Shown here: piece after piece, positions 56,184 through 63,669 of the stretch
Layout: each line of letters opens with the position of its first letter
How positions within the stretch are numbered: position 1 is the first letter of the stretch
Source: an uncultured Gammaproteobacteria bacterium
GTDB lineage: Bacteria > Patescibacteriota > Microgenomatia > UBA8517
Direction of reading: 5' to 3'
Length of the DNA stretch: 63,669 bases
NCBI GenBank assembly: GCA_964422865.1
Contig: CAYRCU010000003.1
Location: 1 to 63,669 of the forward strand
Position numbers and translations under genes: made by a program
Notes under the pieces: generated by a model
The model's database searches: none
What the model was told of the DNA's origin: nothing
What the model saw: the letters and a program-made list of their open reading frames with translations, nothing else

Positions 56184-57439
56184 AAACCTTAATAAAAATT
56201 TTTGTCATAGCCTTATTGTTAAGAATTTTTTTGTCTTTTACTGCCATTCATACGGATACAAGAGTTAACATGGATTGGGGAACAAGATTTTTTGAATACG
56301 GCCCATCGGGTTTTTACGGTCCCCAGGCAAATGTGTGGAACTATACTTGGCCCAATCAGCCGCCGGGAACAATTTATATCTTCGCGGCAGTAAGAAAGCT
56401 TTACGAAATTACCTTTTCCATTCTTTGGTGGATAAATACAAACATTCCGGCTTTTCCGTCTAAACTAATGTTTTTTGTAGAAAATCATTTATATCAATCA
56501 ATGATCAAGCTCCCGGGGATCATTGCAGATATTGGTATTGCCTGGCTTATTTATATACTTGTAAAAAACAAAAGCTCTCAAAAAACTGCTCTTTTGGGTG
56601 CAATATTTTTTTTATTTAATCCCGTCATTTGGTACAATTCCGCAGTTTGGGGCCAAACGGATGCAACTGTCAATTTCTTCGGGCTCCTGGCCTTTTATTT
56701 TCTTACAAAAAAACATCTCTCTTGGGCAATTTTAGCAATGGCGATTTCTTTGTATATCAAAATTTCTCTTCTGATTTTTGCCCCAATTTTTGCGCTCTTA
56801 GTACTAAAACAAAAACACTCCGCCAAAAAAATAGCTCTTTCAATCCTGCCCGCTCTCTTCTTAGTCGGCTCTTTAACTCTTCCTTTTTCAAACGGTGAGC
56901 CGTTTTCTTGGCTCTACTGGCTTTACAGCAAAAAAGTGCTTTCCCAACAGCTTCAGGTAACTGTCGCCAACGCCTTTAATTTCTGGGCGGCCCTCAAGGG
57001 TCTGGAGCAAGAACCTCACACAAACACGTTTATTCTTTTTTCATACCAAACCTGGGGATTTTTGCTTTTTACTGCGGCATTCATCCCCACGCTTTTTTTA
57101 ACCTGGAAAAGAAAATCAAAAAATGCACTTTGGTGGGGGCTCGCTCTCACAGCTCTTGCAAGCTTCACGTTTTTAACAAACATGCACGAACGGTATCTAT
57201 ATCCGTTTTTCCCCTTTTTTACAATCCTTGCAGTCAAAAACAAAAAACTTATCCCAATTTTTGTCATGATTTCTTTAATAAATCTCATAAATCTATATAA
57301 TTTTTGGTGGACACCAAGAGTAGAAAGCTTTATCGCGCTCCTCACGTTGGGTAACAAACTCTTGCCGCGCCTGCTTAGCCTGGTAAACCTGTTTCTGTTT
57401 GTTCTAACCTACAAACTCTACCTCACAAAGAAATCTTGA
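56180..57439 (+). CDS. GT-C glycosyltransferase (ALG6/PIG-M/GT87-like motifs)
   Basis: HTD, PNQPPG, IKLPGIIAD, NPVIWYNSAVWGQTD, NAFNFW, MHERY. Confidence 0.78.
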   Translation: MKTLIKIFVIALLLRIFLSFTAIHTDTRVNMDWGTRFFEYGPSGFYGPQANVWNYTWPNQPPGTIYIFAAVRKLYEITFSILWWINTNIPAFPSKLMFFVENHLYQSMIKLPGIIADIGIAWLIYILVKNKSSQKTALLGAIFFLFNPVIWYNSAVWGQTDATVNFFGLLAFYFLTKKHLSWAILAMAISLYIKISLLIFAPIFALLVLKQKHSAKKIALSILPALFLVGSLTLPFSNGEPFSWLYWLYSKKVLSQQLQVTVANAFNFWAALKGLEQEPHTNTFILFSYQTWGFLLFTAAFIPTLFLTWKRKSKNALWWGLALTALASFTFLTNMHERYLYPFFPFFTILAVKNKKLIPIFVMISLINLINLYNFWWTPRVESFIALLTLGNKLLPRLLSLVNLFLFVLTYKLYLTKKS

Positions 57440-57442
57440 AGT

Positions 57443-57451
57443 TGATATAAT
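57443..57451 (+). promoter_or_regulatory. extended -10 element TGATATAAT, 5 nt before ATG 57457
   Basis: Perfect TGnTATAAT in a 17-bp gap. Confidence 0.6.
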
Positions 57452-57456
57452 AATTC

Positions 57457-59097
57457 ATGCACAAAAAACTTCTCTTTGGAGTATTACTTCTTGCACTGCT
57501 TATTCGATTAATCGGCCTATCAAACCATCCCTCGGGCTTCACTCCGGATGAAGCATCCTTTGGTTACGATGCATATTCAATCATAAAAACCGGCAGGGAT
57601 CAGTGGGGCAACACCCTTCCTCTCTCCTTCAAATCATTTGGTGACGGGAAGCTCCCTTTGTACACGTATTTGGCAATTCCTTCCGTGGCCGCATTCGGCC
57701 TGAACGAATTTGCCGTCCGCTTCCCAAATGCAATTCTTGGCTCTTTTGCAGTTCTTGTTGTGTATTTTCTTGTTCTGGAAAGCCTGAAAGACAAAAAAAC
57801 AGCTCTTCTATCTGCTTTTCTTCTTGCTATTTCCCCCTGGCACATTCCCATGTCCCGCGGCGCCTTTGAAGCAAATCTAACAACTTTTCTTCTACCACTG
57901 GCAATCCTTACTTTTATTAAAGGCACCAAGAATTCAAAATATTTTATACTCTCAGCTATCTTTTTCGGATTTAATCTTTTTACATATCACTCCGCTCGCT
58001 TAATAACTCCCCTTATTTTCTTGTTTTTATTTTTCTCATCTAGAAAAAAAATAAAGTTTAATCTTCACACTAAAACAGCAATAATCCTGCTGAGTATTTT
58101 TGTCCTTTTAACAGCCTATACATATTTAGGTGGAGCAGGCTCTCGCTTAAGTTCAGTTAGTATTTTAAGCCTATCATCTCAGGCGGGCCCGGATCGCTAT
58201 AACGCCGTCATGGTTGGCCTGCCCGATATTTTTGCAAGGCTTTTTAACAACAAAGCAACAAAGCTTTTTTCCATTTTTACATCAAACTATCTTTCATACT
58301 TCTCTCCGCAATTTCTTTTCACCCAGGGTCCTGCGGAAGGAACATACGGAATGCTTCCGGGAAGGGGAGTGCTATATCTTACTGAAGCGCTTTTTATACT
58401 GGGATTTTTCTGGATGCTGGTACTAAAAAGGTTCAAAATCCCCTCATGGCTCATTTTTTGGCTGCTGGTGTCTCCAATTCCCGCGGCACTTTCAATCGGC
58501 CCGGGTTATGCCGCAAATAGAGCCACCATCATGATGCCGGCAATCCAAATTATCGCGTCTCTGGGCCTGATTTTTTTGCTCACAAAATTCACCAGATACA
58601 AAAAATTTCTCATCCTCACCTTTTCCTTTCTTTTAATTTTTGAATTTGTGTTTTTTGGGGAGGATTATTTTATTCAACAGCCTGCTCAAAGATCAAAGGA
58701 TATGATCTACGGAGCACTTGAAGTTGCAAATTTTTTGGAATCCGTTGAAGATCAATACGATCACATAATTATTTCAAAAAGTATCTCCGAAGCACATATT
58801 TTTATAGCCTTCACCAAAAAGATGGACCCCACTCTTTATCAAAAAGAGGCTAAAAATTGGGATTTTGATAAACAGGGCCTAAAATGGGTCGACCAAATGC
58901 CGATCTACTCGCTCGGAAAATATACCTTTAAATCCCTGGACTGGAAAAACGATTCCAGAATTCCCGGCATTCTTGCTGTAGGCCGACCTGAAGAGTTTCC
59001 CGAGAACACAGTTTCGGAGAAGAAAATCTATTATCCAAATAGCAAAGAAGCCTTTTGGATCGTCTCAAACTTAACTAAAGTTTTTGCGCAAAAATGA
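57457..59097 (+). CDS. GT-C glycosyltransferase (same paralog family)
   Basis: FTPDEASFGYDAYSIIKTGRDQWG, SPWHIPMSRGAFEAN. Confidence 0.85.
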   Translation: MHKKLLFGVLLLALLIRLIGLSNHPSGFTPDEASFGYDAYSIIKTGRDQWGNTLPLSFKSFGDGKLPLYTYLAIPSVAAFGLNEFAVRFPNAILGSFAVLVVYFLVLESLKDKKTALLSAFLLAISPWHIPMSRGAFEANLTTFLLPLAILTFIKGTKNSKYFILSAIFFGFNLFTYHSARLITPLIFLFLFFSSRKKIKFNLHTKTAIILLSIFVLLTAYTYLGGAGSRLSSVSILSLSSQAGPDRYNAVMVGLPDIFARLFNNKATKLFSIFTSNYLSYFSPQFLFTQGPAEGTYGMLPGRGVLYLTEALFILGFFWMLVLKRFKIPSWLIFWLLVSPIPAALSIGPGYAANRATIMMPAIQIIASLGLIFLLTKFTRYKKFLILTFSFLLIFEFVFFGEDYFIQQPAQRSKDMIYGALEVANFLESVEDQYDHIIISKSISEAHIFIAFTKKMDPTLYQKEAKNWDFDKQGLKWVDQMPIYSLGKYTFKSLDWKNDSRIPGILAVGRPEEFPENTVSEKKIYYPNSKEAFWIVSNLTKVFAQK

Positions 59098-60767
59098 AAA
59101 CAAACTTAGCCTTACTTTTGATAGTTCTTTTTGCGTTTTTTTTAAGAATTTATCAAATTTCGTCAAATCCCACCTCTCTTAATTGGGATGAGGTAAGTCA
59201 TGGCTACAATGCATATTCAATCATAAAAACCGGCAAAGACGAATGGGGGGAACATCTTCCGACAATCTTTAAAGCATACGGAGATTACAAACTCCCCGTG
59301 TATATTTATGTGACAGCAGCCTCAACAATAATTTTTGGTGTCAATGAGTTCTCAGTCCGTTTTCCTTCGGTTTTGGCGGGCACTTTTAGTGTGCTTTTTA
59401 CTTTTTTTCTCGCAGAAAAACTCCTAAATAGCAAAAAAACAGCTCTAATTGCCGGTTTTCTTGTAGCAATTGAACCCTGGTCACTCTTTTTATCTCGCGG
59501 TGCCTTTGAAGCAAATTTAGCACTCTTTCTCTTTATTTCCGGATTCTACTTATTTCTTGAAGGGCTTACTCGGAAAAATTGGAGAATACTGGTAGGAATT
59601 GTTCTTTTGGGTCTTACAGTTTGGACATATAATTCTTATCGCATCTTTACTCCGCTCTTGATAATTGCCGCTGCCACTATCTACAAAGATGAACTTCTCG
59701 AAATGCTGAAAGCCAAAAAAATCTTGAGTAGTGGATCTGTCATATTGCTGATGATTTTTATTCTCCCCATGTTTTTTCAACTATTAAGTCCTGCAGGACA
59801 GGCACGTTTTAGTTGGGTTTCAATTATAGATCAGGGAGCCATTGAAAAAATAATCAGTCTCAGAAGAAGCTCCAACTTTAGCCCATTGTTGACAAGATTT
59901 ATTTATAACCGCCCTATTTACTTTTTTGTAAACTTTATTAAAAACTATACCTCTCACTTTTCCCCGTCTTTCTTATTTCTCAAGGGCGGAAGTCACCATC
60001 AGTTTAACATTCCCGATTTCGGATTGTTATATCTTATCAATCTCCCGCTTATAATCCTCGGGCTTTACTCTCTAATGACAAAGAAGACAAAAAATTCAAA
60101 GTTAATCTTACTTTGGATCCTTCTGTCTCCAATACCTTCAAGCCTAACTCGCCAAGCCCCGCACACACTTAGAAACATCACCACGCTTCCCATCCCCATG
60201 ATTTTAGCTGCGCTGGGACTTAAATATTCTCTCAACAAGCACAAACCATCAAGGTTAAGAATTTCACCTATCCCAATTTATATACTTATTCTTCTTGGAT
60301 TTTTAACAAGCTACCTTAGTGTTTACTTTGTTTCTTACAAGCATAAATACTCTCAAGCTTGGCAGTTTGGTTACAAAGAAGTGGCCAAAATAATCGAAGA
60401 AAAATATGATAATTACGACAAAATATTAATAACAAAAAAATATGGTGAGCCGCACGAGTTCATTCTCTTTTACAACGCTGCCTCAAGTTCTGCTCAATGG
60501 GCACAACCGGAAAAATTCCAAAATGACCCCAATCTTATTCGTTTTCGGCAAACAAACTGGTTTTGGGTAGATCGTTTCGATAAGTTCTACTTTCTAAATG
60601 ATTGGGACATAAAAGATCTCAAGCTTGAAAGTGGGGGAGAAGTAGATTGTCATAAACTCAAATGTCTCCTTATTTCAACGCCCAACAATCATCCAAATTC
60701 CTGGGAACTAACAGATTCAATTGAATTTCTCGATAAAAAAACAGCTTTTGAAATATATGAAAATTAA
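59094..60767 (+). CDS. GT-C glycosyltransferase (same paralog family)
   Basis: LNWDEVSHGYNAYSIIKTGKDEWG, EPWSLFLSRGAFEAN. Confidence 0.85.
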   Translation: MKTNLALLLIVLFAFFLRIYQISSNPTSLNWDEVSHGYNAYSIIKTGKDEWGEHLPTIFKAYGDYKLPVYIYVTAASTIIFGVNEFSVRFPSVLAGTFSVLFTFFLAEKLLNSKKTALIAGFLVAIEPWSLFLSRGAFEANLALFLFISGFYLFLEGLTRKNWRILVGIVLLGLTVWTYNSYRIFTPLLIIAAATIYKDELLEMLKAKKILSSGSVILLMIFILPMFFQLLSPAGQARFSWVSIIDQGAIEKIISLRRSSNFSPLLTRFIYNRPIYFFVNFIKNYTSHFSPSFLFLKGGSHHQFNIPDFGLLYLINLPLIILGLYSLMTKKTKNSKLILLWILLSPIPSSLTRQAPHTLRNITTLPIPMILAALGLKYSLNKHKPSRLRISPIPIYILILLGFLTSYLSVYFVSYKHKYSQAWQFGYKEVAKIIEEKYDNYDKILITKKYGEPHEFILFYNAASSSAQWAQPEKFQNDPNLIRFRQTNWFWVDRFDKFYFLNDWDIKDLKLESGGEVDCHKLKCLLISTPNNHPNSWELTDSIEFLDKKTAFEIYEN

Positions 60768-62379
60768 CAATAAGGCAGTAAAACTACTTATCCTATCTAT
60801 AATTTTTGCAATAGCAGCAATATTGCGTATTTATAAACTTAGTAGTATACCTCCGCACTTAACTCCAGATGAAGCATCTATTGGTTACAACGCGTATTCA
60901 ATCTTAAAAACCGGACGAGATGAATACGGAACCCTGTTCCCATTAATTTTTAAATCCTTCGGCGATCATAAACCGGGCCTCTATATTTACGCAACTATTC
61001 CATCGGTTGCTGTTTTTGGTCTTAATGAATTTGCCGTCCGTTTTCCTTCAATGCTGGCAGGATTATCCGCAATTTATTTATTGTATTTAGTAGTCAACGA
61101 ACTTTTTGCAAATAAAAAATTAGGGACAATCTCTGCAATCGTACTTGCATTTTCCCCTTGGCATATATATTTCTCAAGAGGAGCTTGGGAGGCAAACCTG
61201 GCCCTCACCTTAACACTTGCCGGAATATATTTCTTTTTAAAATCTTTAAAACAAGAAAAACATCTCATCTTTTCAGCAATTTTTTTTGCGCTAACACTAA
61301 TTGCATATCAAGGGGCAAAAATGTCATCACTCATTGTGTTGGTTATCTTGTTTTTATTACATTTGAAAGAACTTGCAAAACTTAATCGATCAATTTTTTT
61401 TACATCTCTGGCAATTGGTTTAGTTATCTCATCTTCGGCCATTATGGCCTTCTTTCAGGAAAAAACTGGACGCTTAGAAGTTTTTAACATATTCTTCTAC
61501 CCCAGATCTAAAGAATACCTGGAAACTTTTTTGAAAGAAGGAAACGAAAAGGTCGGAACACTTACTTATTATTTATATCATTCGGAACCCCTCAACTTTA
61601 TACGAGGAATTCTTGGTCGCTGGTTTAATCATTTTTCGGGGAGATTCTTGTTTTTTGAAGGCGACTACTCAAATCTTCGTCACTCTTCTCCTTACCAAGG
61701 CGTTATGCTCTACACCGATGTAATCTTTTTAATTCTGGGTTTAGCTTCAGTTTTTAGGGAGAAAATATCAAAGCCTGTTGCCTTCGTCTTACTTTGGCTT
61801 GTTTTTTCCCCTCTGCCGTCAGCTCTGTCTCGCGACCAAGTGCACGCAATAAGATCCTTAAACATGGTGGTTCCTCTGGTTATCCTGGTTTCCCTGGGAG
61901 TCTATAAAGTAGTAAACTCAAAAAAACTATACAGCAAACTATTGCTTCCTATTGGTGTTATTAGTTTTATATATTTTGCCGAATCATATTTTATGCAGCT
62001 TCCGCATCTTAGATCACAGTATTGGTATTATGGACACAAACAAGTTGTCCGGAAAATTGCGCAAAATCAAAGCACCTACAACCAAATTATCTTTCAACAG
62101 TCCTTTGATCAACCATATATCTTTTTTCTGTTTTTTCAAAAATACGATCCGCGCAGATATCAAAAAAACTCACGCCTGATTCAAAATTCAGCGGATGTCG
62201 GAGTTGTAGAAAAATTAGATAACATCCACTTCACTGAGATAAACTGGAGTAACGACAAGGAAAAATCAAACACCCTAATTATCGGCCCACCGACAAAAAT
62301 TCCACAAGATGTTGATGCAGAAGAAGTGAAATATTTAAACGGCATAATCACTGCCTTTAGAATCTATAGTACGAAATGA
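60757..62379 (+). CDS. GT-C glycosyltransferase (same paralog family)
   Basis: LTPDEASIGYNAYSILKTGRDEYG, SPWHIYFSRGAWEAN. ATG 60757 preferred. Confidence 0.85.
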   Translation: MKINNKAVKLLILSIIFAIAAILRIYKLSSIPPHLTPDEASIGYNAYSILKTGRDEYGTLFPLIFKSFGDHKPGLYIYATIPSVAVFGLNEFAVRFPSMLAGLSAIYLLYLVVNELFANKKLGTISAIVLAFSPWHIYFSRGAWEANLALTLTLAGIYFFLKSLKQEKHLIFSAIFFALTLIAYQGAKMSSLIVLVILFLLHLKELAKLNRSIFFTSLAIGLVISSSAIMAFFQEKTGRLEVFNIFFYPRSKEYLETFLKEGNEKVGTLTYYLYHSEPLNFIRGILGRWFNHFSGRFLFFEGDYSNLRHSSPYQGVMLYTDVIFLILGLASVFREKISKPVAFVLLWLVFSPLPSALSRDQVHAIRSLNMVVPLVILVSLGVYKVVNSKKLYSKLLLPIGVISFIYFAESYFMQLPHLRSQYWYYGHKQVVRKIAQNQSTYNQIIFQQSFDQPYIFFLFFQKYDPRRYQKNSRLIQNSADVGVVEKLDNIHFTEINWSNDKEKSNTLIIGPPTKIPQDVDAEEVKYLNGIITAFRIYSTK

Positions 62380-63669
62380 AAAATAAAATCTTACTTATCG
62401 CAATAATTGTTCTTGGTTTTACACTTCGTGTTTATAAAATAAATTCACTTCCGGCTTTAAATGCAGACGAAGCATCAATAGCTTACAACGCCTATTCACT
62501 GCTAAAAACCGGTCGTGATGAACACGGAAACTTCTTGCCAATTCATTTTCAGTCCTTTAACGATTACAAGCCCGGCGGATATTTTTATCTGGTATTGCCG
62601 TTTGTTAAATTGTTTGGCCTAAGTGTTTACTCTGTCCGTCTCCCCGGCATTATTTTAAGCACACTTACAATTTTTGCAATCTATCTTTTAACAACAGAGC
62701 TTTTTACAAAAAAACTGGGACTGACAGCAGCTCTGTTTTTGGCAATTTCCCCATGGCACATTCACTTTTCTCGGGGTGCCTGGGAGGTGAGTGCAGCAAC
62801 CTTTTTTATGACAACAGGTCTCTGGGCTTTTCTCAAAGCTCAAAAATCTCCAAGAAGATACTACTTACTTTCCGCCGTTTTCTTTGTGTTTTCTTTGTAC
62901 ACCTATCACGCGGCTCGTGTTGTAGTTCCTCTCTTGGGCGCAAGCCTTTTTGTTATCTACCGAAAAGCTTTAATCAAATCCACAAGATACGTCGTCGTTG
63001 CAGGTTTGGTGGGCTTTATCATCTTGCTTCCTTTAGCGGGAGATTTACTCGGGGCGGCAGGAATTTCCCGTGCGGCAGGCGTCGGGCTTTTTGCCGATCC
63101 CGGCACGGTTAATCGCATAAATGAACAAAGGGGAACATACAAAAATTTTCAAGGGATAGTGCCCAAACTTTTTCACAATAAAGTTTCAAACTATACCTTC
63201 GCTTTTCTTGAAAACTGGGCGGAGCATTTTCATGGGGAATTTCTTTTCCTTTCGGGTGACAAGATCCAAAGAAACAAGGTGCCGGAAACCGGGCAGTTGT
63301 ACCTTTTTGAGATAATAACTCTTCTTGTTGGCCTCGCAGCCATTGCAAAAAAACCAAAAAACTGGTCTCCAATATTGCTCTGGTTGATATTCGCCCCTAT
63401 TCCTGCGGCTCTTACTTTTCAGTCCCCCCATGCACTCCGCGCCCAAAACATGGTTATTCCCATTACCATTATCTCCGCCTTTGGAGCAGTTGCAATAATC
63501 ACATATATTCAAAAAAACATTAAAAAACAAAGCCTTCGGGCAACTCTTTATATGTTTTTAATTTTTGTTTTTTCTGTGAATATCGCAAGATACTTTCATA
63601 TGTACTATGTTCATATGGCCAAAGAATACCCCTATTCTTCACAATATGGCTTAAAAGAAGTAGTTACAT
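62376..63669 (+). CDS. GT-C glycosyltransferase (same paralog family), truncated by the window end; absent from the ORF track
   Basis: ATGA overlap at 62376-62379. My translation: MKNKILLIAIIVLGFTLRVYKINSLPALNADEASIAYNAYSLLKTGRDEHG... The same frame reads ...MAKEYPYSSQYGLKEVVT at the edge. Confidence 0.88.
   Translation, partial: MKNKILLIAIIVLGFTLRVYKINSLPALNADEASIAYNAYSLLKTGRDEHGNFLPIHFQSFNDYKPGGYFYLVLPFVKLFGLSVYSVRLPGIILSTLTIFAIYLLTTELFTKKLGLTAALFLAISPWHIHFSRGAWEVSAATFFMTTGLWAFLKAQKSPRRYYLLSAVFFVFSLYTYHAARVVVPLLGASLFVIYRKALIKSTRYVVVAGLVGFIILLPLAGDLLGAAGISRAAGVGLFADPGTVNRINEQRGTYKNFQGIVPKLFHNKVSNYTFAFLENWAEHFHGEFLFLSGDKIQRNKVPETGQLYLFEIITLLVGLAAIAKKPKNWSPILLWLIFAPIPAALTFQSPHALRAQNMVIPITIISAFGAVAIITYIQKNIKKQSLRATLYMFLIFVFSVNIARYFHMYYVHMAKEYPYSSQYGLKEVVT

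Noticed and set aside
826-63530. Numerous 60-200 aa ORFs nested in or antisense to long genes (for example 34822-35412, 43279-43761, 5772-6089)
   Set aside because: Shadow ORFs without motifs, fully overlapping well-supported genes.
18085-63669. ArnT lipid A aminoarabinose modification
   Set aside because: No arnA-F or lipid A genes in the window, and the ArnT-like motifs are generic to GT-C enzymes.
1-63669. Prophage, integron or transposon origin of the island; RNA genes
   Set aside because: No integrase, transposase, attC-like repeats, terminal inverted repeats, tRNA or rRNA recognised by eye; a covariance-model search would be needed to exclude small RNAs.

Overview
A gene-dense bacterial window. 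Gene content and compact ATGA-overlap operons suggest a Patescibacteria/CPR (Microgenomates-like) genome; this taxonomy is inference. It has four parts. (1) 0-6.4 kb: a type IV pilus locus with three minor pilin/PilX-like genes on the minus strand, PilM(N)/PilO/PilP-like genes and a major pilin. (2) 6.5-12.7 kb: a motif-degenerate YrdC/TsaC-like protein, a DRE-TIM acetyl-CoA/2-oxoacid synthase lacking a regulatory domain, a single-chain small+large (LeuD-LeuC order) aconitase-family isomerase with no adjacent dehydrogenase, and a soluble GAF histidine kinase with a lone receiver. (3) 12.7-17 kb: CAP protein, YkuK-like RNase H fold, long-form RmlA, trmD and a frameshifted PRTase-like gene. (4) 17.2 kb to the window end (about 46 kb): a surface-glycosylation island. 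It holds about 20 GT-C-type polytopic transferases plus one truncated paralog, four polyprenol-phosphate-sugar synthase GT2s (one fused to GtrA), five other GT2s, one GT4, a Wzx flippase, a sulfotransferase, a SAM methyltransferase, a PHP phosphatase and a tandem-HTH/Nudix-like protein. The last GT-C gene (62376 to the end) is missing from the supplied ORF track. Non-coding signals include many extended -10 elements 5-8 nt before start codons (leaderless transcripts), a perfectly palindromic back-to-back promoter, and three short tandem duplications anchored at stop codons. I found no rRNA, tRNA, CRISPR array, transposase or integrase. All family calls come from motif recognition by eye, not database searches.
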